Of a stretch of DNA of 64,000 nt, positions 29,771 through 40,288 are shown one piece after another; positions within the stretch are counted from its first letter, which is position 1, and every line of letters starts with the position of its first letter. The DNA comes from Candidatus Sericytochromatia bacterium (GTDB taxonomy: Bacteria > Cyanobacteriota > Sericytochromatia > S15B-MN24 > UBA4093). The DNA is taken from NCBI GenBank assembly GCA_036676495.1, contig JAKFCT010000080.1, forward strand, positions 32,001 to 96,000, read 5' to 3'. The notes under the pieces are model-generated. The model was not told where the DNA came from. It searched no databases and saw only the letters and a program-made list of their open reading frames with translations. The position numbers and the translations under genes are program-made.

Positions 29771-31384
29771 GTGGAAACGATGCGCAAATCCTGGATAGCC
29801 CGCTTGGGAATGGCGGCGATGCTCGTCGGGTTGGGCTGTGCCCCTCAAGGGGCCTTGCCGTCGCTGCGCGTGCAAGTGGCCCGGGACGATGCGGCCAGTG
29901 CCGTGGCCGAGAGCAAGGTCTCTTTGCGGATTTCATTGCCCTCGAGCTACCAGGTGCAGTCCCTGAGCTGGGCCAAGGCGCGCCTGACGCTGAGCAACGC
30001 GAACTCCGCGCTGCTGCCGGCTCCTCGCACCCAGAACGTCACGCAGGCGGGCGGCGGCACGGTGACGGAGGCGACGTGGGTCGTGCGGTCGGGCACGGGC
30101 TACGACCTCAAGGTTTGGCTCTACGACGCTCAGGACCGCCTGGTGGCGGCGGGCATGGCCGGGGGGTTCGAGCTGAAGGCCGGCCCCAACTCGGTGACGG
30201 TCCCCATGGGCCCGGCGATCCTGGCGGCGTCCTATCCTCCCGTGGCTTCGACCGGGGACGTGCTGACCTTCGAGGGGAGCTTCGGCCCGGAGGCGACGGT
30301 GACGTTCCCGGGACTGGCGACCCCGGTCGCCGCGACCCTGATGGGCATGCATCGGGCGCAAGTGACGGTCCCGGCGGGCGTCAGCGAGGGCCCCGTCACG
30401 CTCCGCACCGGCGGAAGGGACTTCGCGTCACGGGGGCTCACCGTCATGAACAAGGCTCCGGCGCTCACCTCCTTCAAGCTGGCCGGCAACACCAGCGGTG
30501 CCGGCTTGTTTGTCCTCTATCACACCAGCTTCAACCTGGGAACTCAGTTCTACGTGGCCGGTGACTTCTTGAACGGCCACCTCTACAGGGCTTCCCGCAA
30601 CTCCGACGGGACCCTGGGCGCCTTCCAGACCGTCAGCGGCGTCTCCATGGCGCGCGACATGCATGACGGCCTGCTGCTCGGGAACTATTACTACCTGCTC
30701 GGGGGCACCTGGCCGAGCGGTCAGGAAAGGCGCGTCCTGCGGCTCCCGATCCGCCCGGACGGTCAAAGCATCGACCCCCACGATCCGCACTACGTCAACG
30801 AGCTCCCGCAAAGGACCTCGAAGGCGATGGCCGAAGTGATCGGGCGTTTTGTCTATGTCCTCGGGGGCGGCTTGGGCCGAGACGTTTACCGGGCGCCCAT
30901 CACCAGCGAAAACGGGGATATCGGGGCGTTCGAGAGCGCCCCGGGGCTGCCGTTCCGGGCGAACATGGGGTTTACCTCGGAAGTGATCGGCCGCTACCTC
31001 TACGTGCTGGGGTCGCCATTACAGTCCGAGCCTTCCGTTCGGCGGGCGCGGATCCGGGATGACGGCTCGCTGGAGGAGTTCACGGACCTGAACACGGGGC
31101 TCCCGGCGCTTACCTACCACCAGAGCGTGGTGCTCGGCTCCCACCTCTACGTCTTGGGGGGAGAGAAGGCGGGCCTTGGAGCAGGCATGTCCCCGGACGT
31201 CTGGCGCGCTCCGATCCTGCCCTCCGGCGATCTCGGGACGTTCGCGAAGGTCTTCGCGCTGCCCGCACCCCGGAGCTATCAGTACGTTTCCGTTTCGGGG
31301 CGCTACGTCTACCTCTCCTTGGGAGACAACGCGGACTACACGTTGAACCCCGATATCCACGTCGCGGACGTCGGGGGGCCCTAG
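29771..31384 (+). CDS. Lipoprotein: N-terminal beta-sandwich + IPT/TIG + six Kelch-like blades
   Basis: Lipobox GLGC; TIG-like GDVLTFEG..VTF..VTVPAG; six repeats of the type YLYVLGG...V.RA.I..DG.LG.F. Confidence 0.8.
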   Translation: METMRKSWIARLGMAAMLVGLGCAPQGALPSLRVQVARDDAASAVAESKVSLRISLPSSYQVQSLSWAKARLTLSNANSALLPAPRTQNVTQAGGGTVTEATWVVRSGTGYDLKVWLYDAQDRLVAAGMAGGFELKAGPNSVTVPMGPAILAASYPPVASTGDVLTFEGSFGPEATVTFPGLATPVAATLMGMHRAQVTVPAGVSEGPVTLRTGGRDFASRGLTVMNKAPALTSFKLAGNTSGAGLFVLYHTSFNLGTQFYVAGDFLNGHLYRASRNSDGTLGAFQTVSGVSMARDMHDGLLLGNYYYLLGGTWPSGQERRVLRLPIRPDGQSIDPHDPHYVNELPQRTSKAMAEVIGRFVYVLGGGLGRDVYRAPITSENGDIGAFESAPGLPFRANMGFTSEVIGRYLYVLGSPLQSEPSVRRARIRDDGSLEEFTDLNTGLPALTYHQSVVLGSHLYVLGGEKAGLGAGMSPDVWRAPILPSGDLGTFAKVFALPAPRSYQYVSVSGRYVYLSLGDNADYTLNPDIHVADVGGP

Positions 31385-31418
31385 CGCCCCCCTAGCGCCT
31401 GCAGCAACGGCGATTGTG

Positions 31419-32590
<1,172 letters not shown>

Positions 32591-32594
<4 letters not shown>

Positions 32595-33907
32595 AGCGTG
32601 CCTTCCAGGGAGTTGAACACGATTCCCACGGGAACCTTGGGGGTGAAGTCGACGGAGCCGGCGGGCAGGCGATCGCCGGCCATGGCAACCTCCCAGATCT
32701 GCTCCGGGGGCGTGGGGTTGAGGAAGAAGGCCAGCGGATAGCGCCCCGAGCCCAGCCCCACGAGGATTTCGCGGAAGTCCGGGGTTTTGGCGATGGTTTC
32801 CGTGCGGGTCCAGTCCGCGTCCGTCATGCCGAGCATGCGCTCGAGGATGACCGCGCGCAGCCGGGAGAGGTCGAGCCGCTTCCAGGCGTCCGAGTGCTTG
32901 CCGGGGACCGGCACGCCGTCGTGCATGGTGAGGATGAAGAAATGGGGCTCTCCGGCGACGAGCATGCCGATCCGGGTCTTGCGCTCGGCAGCCTCGGAGA
33001 GGTCGTAGAGGCCTTCCTCGATCTGGGCGACCTCGGGGATGGGGCCCTCGAGCGCTTTTTCGCCCACGATGAAGGAGGCCTCCAGGCGGCTCAGGAAGTC
33101 CTTGTCGAGCTTTTCGGGGTTGACCAGGAGGTGCTGGGGCTGGATCCGCAGGCCGGGATCCTCGACGTCCACCAGGAGCATGAGCGCGTAGTTCCAGGCT
33201 TCGTCTCCGGTCCAGCCGGGGGTCTGGGCGCGCATCGCGTCGCGGTAGGCGAGGGCGGCGGCGTAGCGGTCATGACCGTCGGCGAGGACCAGCGGGCTTT
33301 CGGCCAGCTCTTCCTGGATGGTTTCCAGGGCCATGGGGTCGTTGACGTACCAGAGGTGGATGGCCGCGCCGGATTCGTCATGGACGTCGACCAGGGGAAG
33401 GGCCTCGCTGGTGAGGTCGAAGAAGAGCTCGGCGACAATCTGGTGCGGGTCCTGGTAGAGGGCCATGATCGGGCTGATGTTGGCCTTGGTGGCCTCCAAG
33501 AGCGCGAGGCGGTCCGCGACGGCGGCCTGCGACGTCTCTTGATGCGGCCGGATCACCTGGGTTTCCGTGTCTTCGAGCTTGACGACGGCGAAGATGCCGC
33601 GGCGGATGCCGGCGGGGTGGGCCTGCTCGAAGAGGTAGACTCCGGGCACCGAGTCGCGCCGCAACACGCCCTGGTCGCGCCAGCCGCGCCAGAAGTCTCC
33701 CGCGCGGACGTTGCGGTTCTCGACGGCGTCGTCCTCGGGCTGTTCCTGGCCGAACTCAAGGCGCACGGCGTTGAGGGGGTTCCTCAAGTGGAGCCGGAGC
33801 TGGTCCTCGGTGGACAGGGCATCGAAGGGGGGGCTGAGCACCTCGTTGAGGCGCGGGGCGCGGGAGTGAACGTAGCGAAGGGCGCGAAACGGTTTGACGA
33901 CTGCCAT
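32591..33907 (-). CDS. DUF1015 family protein
   Basis: VKPFRALRY, SPPFD, IRPHQET, LADGHDRY, FTPKVPVG. Confidence 0.85.
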
Positions 33908-33993
33908 GGAAGCCTCTCTAGATGGGACGCCCTATCTTACCATGCCGCTTCCGGCGGCTGCTTTCGGGGCGGGCGCCCGATCATGGGAGAAGC

Positions 33994-34027
33994 AAACAGG
34001 GCCGGGCTCCAGCGGCCCGGCCCTTTT
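33994..34027. terminator. Rho-independent terminator downstream of the glycosyltransferase
   Basis: AGGGCCGGGC-N7-GCCCGGCCCT flanked by AAAC and TTT. Confidence 0.6.
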
Positions 34028-34161
34028 CGATTTCTGATCGCTCAGAACTCCCTGATGATACCCCTTTGAGGCTGCTCGCGCTTCGGGCATCCTGCACAGG
34101 GTCTCTGCGGGATCCCTTGGCCAGTTCCGCGCTTGACCCGGGGGGCGTGACGCCCGAGGGG

Positions 34162-35415
34162 CTAGAGCCCGCGCCGGATGATCCGCTCGGCTCCCAGGGG
34201 AATCGGGGTGGCCTGGGACTTGGCGGCCAGCAACCTGAGGATCTCCGCTTCCATCTGCTGGCTGCGGGCTTCCCAGCAGTGGGCCTGGGCCCGTTTGACG
34301 CGCTCGACGGACTCGCGCACGGACGGTGCGAGGGCCTGGTCCAGGGCCGCGAGGAAGGCATGGCGATCGGAGGCGGCCAGGGCCATGCCCGCGAGATCCG
34401 CCAGGGGCGCGAAGTCGGTCATGACCACGGGCTTGCCCGCCGCCAGGTACTCGTTGACCTTGAGCGGGTAGATGTGCCGGGTCTGCTCGCTGTAGACGAA
34501 GGGGATGGTGGCCACGTCGAAGGCCTTGAGGTAGCCCGGCATGGCCGCGCGTGGCCGCAAGCCCAGGAAGTGGCAGTTGGGCAGGCGGATGGCGTCGATT
34601 TCGGCCTGGCGGCTGGGTGCGATGGGCCCGAGGGCCACGAACGACCAGTGGGGGCGCGCCTGGGCGAGCCAGGCCCAGAGCTCGGCGTCGAAGCGCTCCT
34701 CGAGGTTTCCCGCGAAGCCGATGATCGGGCGCGGCAAGTCCGCGATGTCCGGAGGGATGGCCGTCTGCGGGTGCACCGCCTGATTGAAGAGCGCGAAGTC
34801 CACTCCGTTGGGCACCATCAGGCAGCGCTTCGAGTAGGGAGCCTTGCCCTCGAAGAGCGCGGGGCTGGACGTGAACGTGAGATCCGCCTTGGCCAGCAAG
34901 CGGCGCTCGATCCGCCCCGCATGCGGGGAGATGCCCGGAAGCGCCGTGACCTCGTCCGTGCAGTGGTAGACCAAGAGCCGCTCGTCCAGCGCTCCGATGG
35001 CTCCTTCGCTCATCATGACGTCGAAGGAGATCCAGAGGATCGGCTCGCGGATCGCGAGCGCCCGCGAGACCCGCCGCAGCCCGTGCCGCAGGGCGGCGTG
35101 GTTGAAGCGGTAGACCGCCTCGAAGAGCGAAGGGGAGCGGATCTGCCCCATGGGCAGCACCGGAGGCGGCGTCCAGACCCAGAGGTTGGCCTCCACCTGC
35201 CGCGGGTTGTCCCGGCCGCGCCATGCCTGCCATTTGCGCCGGAAGCGCTCCTCCGTGCGCCCCCGCCACGCGTCCACGGGATTGGCGGACGCATCCACGA
35301 AGAGCACCCGGTTGCGGGACGAAAGCTCCCGCATCAGGTGGTGACGACTCGACTGGAACGGGTGGTCCCAGTCCATGACCGAGAGGCATACCACGTCATG
35401 GCCAACCAAGCGCAT
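34162..35415 (-). CDS. Glycosyltransferase (GT4/TuaH-like)
   Basis: SRHHLM, YHCTDE, VPNGVD, FDVATIPF, PLKVNEYLAAGKPVV; CAGGAGG RBS before MRLVG. Confidence 0.9.
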   Translation of the reverse strand: MRLVGHDVVCLSVMDWDHPFQSSRHHLMRELSSRNRVLFVDASANPVDAWRGRTEERFRRKWQAWRGRDNPRQVEANLWVWTPPPVLPMGQIRSPSLFEAVYRFNHAALRHGLRRVSRALAIREPILWISFDVMMSEGAIGALDERLLVYHCTDEVTALPGISPHAGRIERRLLAKADLTFTSSPALFEGKAPYSKRCLMVPNGVDFALFNQAVHPQTAIPPDIADLPRPIIGFAGNLEERFDAELWAWLAQARPHWSFVALGPIAPSRQAEIDAIRLPNCHFLGLRPRAAMPGYLKAFDVATIPFVYSEQTRHIYPLKVNEYLAAGKPVVMTDFAPLADLAGMALAASDRHAFLAALDQALAPSVRESVERVKRAQAHCWEARSQQMEAEILRLLAAKSQATPIPLGAERIIRRGL

Positions 35416-35560
35416 CGCCGACACCTCCTGTGCTTTCAGTCTAGCCAGGGGAGCACGGGGTGGCTTGACCACTTTGACCAAGGAGCGTCGTCGGGTCGCC
35501 AAGCGTCCGGCCGTCTGCTAGCATGGAAACCCGCCCCGCTTCCCCTCGAACGAATGGACC

Positions 35561-36763
35561 ATGATGCTCGATTTCGCTCCGCCCCCAGCGCCCTGGCGAA
35601 CCTGCTTCTCCCTTCTTCCCAAGGTCTCCCGAACCTTCGCCCTCTCGATCACCCTGCTCAAGCCCCCCATGCGCCATTCGGTCTGCCTGGGCTACCTGCT
35701 CTGCCGCCTGATCGACACCTTCGAGGACGCCGAGACCCTCGACACCCCCCGCAAGGCCCATTACATCCAGGCCCTGCAAGCCTTCGTCGCAGGAGAGGCC
35801 ATTCCCGAGCCCGACTGGGCCCGCCGCGCCGCCCATGCCCTCGGCGACGGCGCCAGCCCCGCCGACCGCGAGCTGCTCGAAAGCCTGGAAGCGGTCCTCG
35901 CGGCCCTATCCAGCCTCCCGCTTCACGATCGCCAGGCCCTCGTTCGCTGCTTCCAGGAAATGGCCACCGGCATGATCGAGATGCAAACCCTGCTCGATCA
36001 GCCGCCAATCCAGCCCGACCCGCCGCAGGCGCTGCTCGACCCGTCGCCAACGCCGCAGCCGCCGCCCGCACGAGCGCTGCGCATCCTCCCGACCATGCCC
36101 AGTCTCGGCCGCTACTGCCATTACGTCGCGGGAGTCGTGGGCCAATTGCTCACCGAGCTGCTCTTCCTGAACTCCGAGGCCCTGTCCAAGGAACGCTACT
36201 TCGACCTGCTCGAGCGCTCGGAGGCCTTCGGCCAGTTCCTCCAGAAGATCAACATCCTCAAGGACCTCCCGGTCGATCACGCCAAGGGCTGGTGCTTCAT
36301 CCCCCGAGACGCCATCCTGGACGCGGGCGTGCAGCCCGAGCGCCTGCTCATGGCCGATCCCGCGCGCCGCGTCGGGGCGATCGCCCCGATCATGCGCGAC
36401 GTACTCGACCACCTCGCGCACGCCTGGCAATACTTGCAGCGGGTGCCGGTTGCCGAGCGGGAGTACCGGCTCTTCCTCGGGTATAGCTTGTTCTTCGGGG
36501 TGAAAACCCTGGAGCTGGGCCTGAAAGAGCCCGATCGGTCCTTCGAGGGCGATCGCCCCCTCAAGATTGGCCGGCTCGACGTCGCCGCTCTCATCGAAAA
36601 GGTCAACCGCCTGATCGACGACCCGGGCCGCCTCGACGCCGCCCTCGCGGCCTTGCTCGCCGCCGCGCGCCAGGGGCTCGACTCCCGCTGGCCCGCGGCC
36701 ATCGACTCCGCCCTGGCCAGCCTGCTCGGAACCCTGGAGCGACCTGCCCCGGCCGCCCGCTAA
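35561..36763 (+). CDS. Squalene synthase-like isoprenoid synthase
   Basis: VSRTFALSI, YLLCRLIDTFED, YCHYVAGVVG, LQKINILKD. Confidence 0.88.
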   Translation: MMLDFAPPPAPWRTCFSLLPKVSRTFALSITLLKPPMRHSVCLGYLLCRLIDTFEDAETLDTPRKAHYIQALQAFVAGEAIPEPDWARRAAHALGDGASPADRELLESLEAVLAALSSLPLHDRQALVRCFQEMATGMIEMQTLLDQPPIQPDPPQALLDPSPTPQPPPARALRILPTMPSLGRYCHYVAGVVGQLLTELLFLNSEALSKERYFDLLERSEAFGQFLQKINILKDLPVDHAKGWCFIPRDAILDAGVQPERLLMADPARRVGAIAPIMRDVLDHLAHAWQYLQRVPVAEREYRLFLGYSLFFGVKTLELGLKEPDRSFEGDRPLKIGRLDVAALIEKVNRLIDDPGRLDAALAALLAAARQGLDSRWPAAIDSALASLLGTLERPAPAAR

Positions 36764-36774
36764 GCGGATGCCCC

Positions 36775-38679
36775 CTAGGCGGGGTTGGCGGGTTGCCGCC
36801 GCCGGACCTCCAGGTGCACCAGCAGCAAGGAGACGTCCGCCGGCGTGACGCCGCCGATCCGCGAGGCCTGGCCGATCGTGCGCGGCCGGATCCGGCTCAG
36901 CTTGTCCTGGGACTCCCGCGAGAGCCCCTTGATCGTGCTGTAGTCGAGATCATCGGGGAGCGCCTTCTCATCGAAGCGCCGCAAGCGGTCGATCTGATCC
37001 TGCTGGCGCGCGATGTACCCCGCGTACTTCACCCCGATCGCGACTTGCTCCATCACCTCGGCGTCCTCGTCGCGCCCGCCCAGCCGCCAGACCAGCTCCG
37101 CGGGCACCGGCGGGCGACGCAAGAGGTCGATCAGGAAGACGGTCCGATCGATCGGATCGCAGCCCCCCTCCGCCAGGATCCGGTTCGTCTCCGCGCTGGG
37201 AGCGACCTTGGTCGCTTCCAGCCAGCGCGTGGCGGCTTCCATGGCTTCGCGCTTGCGGCAGAACGTCTCCCAGCGGGCATCGTCGACCAGACCCAGCTCG
37301 CGGCCCAAGGGCGTGAGGCGCTGGTCGGCGTTGCCATGGCGCAACGTGAGCCGGTGCTCGGAGCGCGAGGTCAGCATCCGGTACGGCTCCTGGATTTCCT
37401 TGGTGACCAGGTCGTCGATAAGGACCCCGATGTAGGAATCCTGGCGCGGGAAGACCACCATCTCCTGGCCCTTGGCGTAGCGAGCCGCGTTGAGCCCAGC
37501 GACCAGCCCTTGAGCGGCGGCTTCCTCGTAGCCCGAGGTGCCGTTGATCTGGCCCGCGGTGAAGAGCCCCGGGACGCGCTTGGATTGAAGGGTGGGATGC
37601 AGCTGGGTGGCCGGCAGGTAATCGTACTCGACGGCGTAGCCGGGGCGGATCATCTGGACGTCGCGCAGGCCCGGCAGGGTCCGCAGCATCGCCAGCTGCA
37701 CGTCCTCGGGTAGGCTGCTCGACATGCCCTGGACGTACCATTGGTGGGTGTCGAGCCCCTCGGGCTCCAGGAAGACCGGGTGCGAGTCCTTGTCCGGGAA
37801 GCGGAAGACCTTGTCCTCGATGCTCGGGCAGTAGCGGGGACCCACGCCCTCGATCATGCCCGTGAACATCGGGGAGCGATCGAGCCCGCCGCGGATCACG
37901 GCGTGGGTCTCGGGCGTGGTCTGCGTCAGGTAGCACGGCACCTGGGGAATCGGCTGCGCGGGAGGCATGAACGAGAAGTGCAGGCCCCGATCTTCGCCCG
38001 GCGCGAGCGCGACCTCGTCGAAGGCGATGCTCCGGGCGTCGATGCGCGCCGGGGTGCCGGTCTTGAGGCGGCCCGTCGTGAAGCCCATCGCCAGGAGGCT
38101 GTCGGTCAGGGTCATCGCGGGTGCCTCCCCGGCCCTTCCCCCCGGCTGGCTCTCCAGGCCCGTGAAGAGCTTGCCGCGCAGGAAGGTCCCGGTGGTGAGC
38201 ACGGCGGCGGCCGTCCGGATCGTGGATCCGTCGGCACAGCGCAGGAGCATGCCGCCGTCCTCGGTGGGCTCCATGCCCTCCACCAGGGCCTCATGCACCG
38301 TGAGGTTCGCCTGGGCCTCCAGGACCTCCTGCATGGCGCGGGCGTACTGCGTCTTGTCGGACTGCGCGCGCAGGGCCTGGACGGCGGGACCCTTCGAGGA
38401 GTTGAGGACCTTGATCTGGATGGCGGTCCGGTCGGTGACCTTGGCCATTTCGCCGCCCAGGGCGTCGATCTCGCGGACGAGATTGCCTTTGGCGGGGCCG
38501 CCGATGGCGGGGTTGCAAGGCATCGAGGCGATGGTCTCGCGCGAGCCCGTGACCATGAGCGTGCGGCAGCCGAGGCGCGCCGCCGCCAGCGCCGCCTCGC
38601 AGCCCGCATGGCCTCCGCCGATCACCGCAACGTCCCAGCGATCCGATCCCGTTACCCTCTCCACGAGCCCTCCTCCCAT
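36775..38679 (-). CDS. mnmG: tRNA U34 modification enzyme MnmG/GidA
   Basis: [47 protein letters not shown]. Confidence 0.97.
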   Translation of the reverse strand: MGGGLVERVTGSDRWDVAVIGGGHAGCEAALAAARLGCRTLMVTGSRETIASMPCNPAIGGPAKGNLVREIDALGGEMAKVTDRTAIQIKVLNSSKGPAVQALRAQSDKTQYARAMQEVLEAQANLTVHEALVEGMEPTEDGGMLLRCADGSTIRTAAAVLTTGTFLRGKLFTGLESQPGGRAGEAPAMTLTDSLLAMGFTTGRLKTGTPARIDARSIAFDEVALAPGEDRGLHFSFMPPAQPIPQVPCYLTQTTPETHAVIRGGLDRSPMFTGMIEGVGPRYCPSIEDKVFRFPDKDSHPVFLEPEGLDTHQWYVQGMSSSLPEDVQLAMLRTLPGLRDVQMIRPGYAVEYDYLPATQLHPTLQSKRVPGLFTAGQINGTSGYEEAAAQGLVAGLNAARYAKGQEMVVFPRQDSYIGVLIDDLVTKEIQEPYRMLTSRSEHRLTLRHGNADQRLTPLGRELGLVDDARWETFCRKREAMEAATRWLEATKVAPSAETNRILAEGGCDPIDRTVFLIDLLRRPPVPAELVWRLGGRDEDAEVMEQVAIGVKYAGYIARQQDQIDRLRRFDEKALPDDLDYSTIKGLSRESQDKLSRIRPRTIGQASRIGGVTPADVSLLLVHLEVRRRQPANPA

Positions 38680-38784
38680 TCAGCGTTTCGCGCGCGTGAA
38701 GAGCATTATATCTCCCGCAAGTTTCCCCTCCCAGGCGCCGATACGAGTCATGATCCGATCGAGTCCTCCAAGGAGCGTGAAACG

Positions 38785-39732
38785 ATGCCGAATTCCATCT
38801 CGGGCAAGAAGATTTCCGTCCCCGCGGCGCCGCCCGCTCCGCGGACCTACAAGGTCCAGGCCGGGGACACCCTTTTCAGCATCGCCAAGAAGACCCTCGG
38901 AGACGGCAAGCGCTGGCCCGAGATCCAGGCCCTCAACCAGGATATCCTTCCCGACGCGAACAAGCTCAAGGTCGGCATGGTGCTCAAGCTGCCTGCCGGT
39001 GCCACGGCCCAGCCGCCGGTCGCCGAGCCGGCAAAGCCCGCTCCGCAGCCCGCCAAGCCGGATCCCAAGCCCGCCCCCAAGCCTTCTCCCAAGCCCGCCG
39101 AATCGGTGAAGGGCCTGTTCTTCAACGACCGCTTCGAAAAGCAGGTCGCCCTGACCTTCGACGACGGGCCTCACCCCGTGAATACCCCCAAGGTCCTCGA
39201 CATCCTCAAGGAGTACGGCGTCAAGGGCACCTTCTTCGTGACGGGCGCCAACGCCGAGCGCTACCCCGAACTCATCAAGCGGATCGCCGCCGAAGGCCAT
39301 ACTCTGGGCAACCACACCTTCGCGCATCCCGACCTCGCCAAGCTGAGCGAGGCGGACGTCCTCAACGAGCTCGCCCGCACCCAGCGCGCCGTCGACAAGG
39401 CGCTGGGCAAGCACTACGAGCTGGCTCAGGTGCGCCCGCCGTACGGCTCGATGGACTCCGAGGTCAAGTCCGCCATCACCAAGGGCGACGACACCGCCAT
39501 CCTCTGGAACGTCGATTCCAACGACTGGCGCCATCGCGACGACGACGCCAAGATCCTGGACAACATCTTCGCCGGATCCAGCTCGGTCTACGTCCGGGGC
39601 GGCGTGATCCTCTTCCATGACATCCATCCCCAGACGGTCCGCGTCCTCGATGACGTGATCGCGCGCCTCCAGAAGGAGAAGTTCACGATCACCAAGACCG
39701 ACGACTTCCTCGATCGGAAGTACTCCAAGTAA
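38785..39732 (+). CDS. LysM + Pro/Lys linker + polysaccharide (peptidoglycan) deacetylase
   Basis: YKVQAGDTLFSIA; ALTFDDGP, GNHTFAHP, RPPYG, LFHD; AAGGAG RBS before ATG 38785. Confidence 0.92.
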   Translation: MPNSISGKKISVPAAPPAPRTYKVQAGDTLFSIAKKTLGDGKRWPEIQALNQDILPDANKLKVGMVLKLPAGATAQPPVAEPAKPAPQPAKPDPKPAPKPSPKPAESVKGLFFNDRFEKQVALTFDDGPHPVNTPKVLDILKEYGVKGTFFVTGANAERYPELIKRIAAEGHTLGNHTFAHPDLAKLSEADVLNELARTQRAVDKALGKHYELAQVRPPYGSMDSEVKSAITKGDDTAILWNVDSNDWRHRDDDAKILDNIFAGSSSVYVRGGVILFHDIHPQTVRVLDDVIARLQKEKFTITKTDDFLDRKYSK

Positions 39733-39751
39733 GCGCGCCCCGCGCCCCCCT

Positions 39752-39785
39752 AAAAAGGAACAGGCCCCTCGGCAAGAGGGGCCTG
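39752..39785 (-). terminator. Rho-independent terminator with its U-tract on the minus strand
   Basis: CAGGCCCCTC-N5-GAGGGGCCTG followed on the minus strand by TTCCTTTTT; no T-tract on the plus strand. Confidence 0.75.
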
Positions 39786-40070
39786 CAATGCTACCGGATG
39801 TTGGACTATCGGATGAAAGAGCCAGAGATCGCTTGCTCTCGGCAATTTTAATTAAGTCCTCACCAAGTAGGCTTACCTTTGACCGTCAGTACACCATTTC
39901 CTTCTTAAGAACCACCTTTCTATTCAAACGAACTGAAAGCTGTCTTAGAAAGGTCCTCCTTTCGGGTGCAGAACGGATCGACACTTGTTGGGGCGGAAAC
40001 CTCTACCGAAGGGCCGGCTCATCATTAGTTGAGCACGCAATTGGCGCGCATCGGGTGGTTTCGCTCCAAG
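39752..40070 (-). ncRNA. Candidate structured ncRNA of about 315 nt, family unassigned
   Basis: Low-GC intergenic island with nested complementary segments, several G-U pairs that work only on the minus strand, and a minus-oriented terminator. No credible ORF. Confidence 0.6.
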
Positions 40071-40166
40071 ATGGATATACCCACTGAAACGGGTTTTTCT
40101 TGTGATCTGCACCACCAATTTGAAAGTTTTTTTGGGTCGCCTCGCGAAGCCCGGGCGCTAGCCGCG

Positions 40167-40195
40167 TTGACAAGCGGAGGGGGATCCCTTAGAGT
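40167..40195 (+). promoter_or_regulatory. Sigma70-type promoter of iscS
   Basis: TTGACA-N17-TAGAGT. Confidence 0.75.
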
Positions 40196-40204
40196 GAAGG
40201 CGGC

Positions 40205-40229
40205 AAATCAGACCATTTTGGTCGGGTTT
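40205..40229. promoter_or_regulatory. IscR/Rrf2 type-1-like operator
   Basis: AAATCAGACCATTTTGGTCGGGTTT: 25 bp with a GAC-N7-GTC core, resembling the IscR type 1 box, just downstream of the promoter. Confidence 0.65.
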
Positions 40230-40288
40230 TGTCGCCGGAGCGCCCGGCCTCGGCGCCGTCCCCCGTTTCGATCGATCTTCGGCCGGCC

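Noticed and set aside
40015-40065. Hammerhead ribozyme or fluoride riboswitch (minus-strand CGAAAC...CTAATGATGAG)
   Set aside because: The core motifs (CUGAUGA; GGCGAUGG) are not matched and no downstream gene is positioned to be regulated.
39990-40068. tRNA-Ala/tmRNA-like acceptor stem on plus (GGGGCGG...TCGCTCCA)
   Set aside because: No T-loop, D-loop or anticodon arm, no CCA and no tag ORF. It is the complement of domain 1 of the ncRNA candidate.
39788-40087. 99-aa plus-strand ORF over the low-GC island
   Set aside because: Codon usage unlike the window's GC3-rich genes, no RBS and no recognisable motif. The base-pairing pattern explains the region better.
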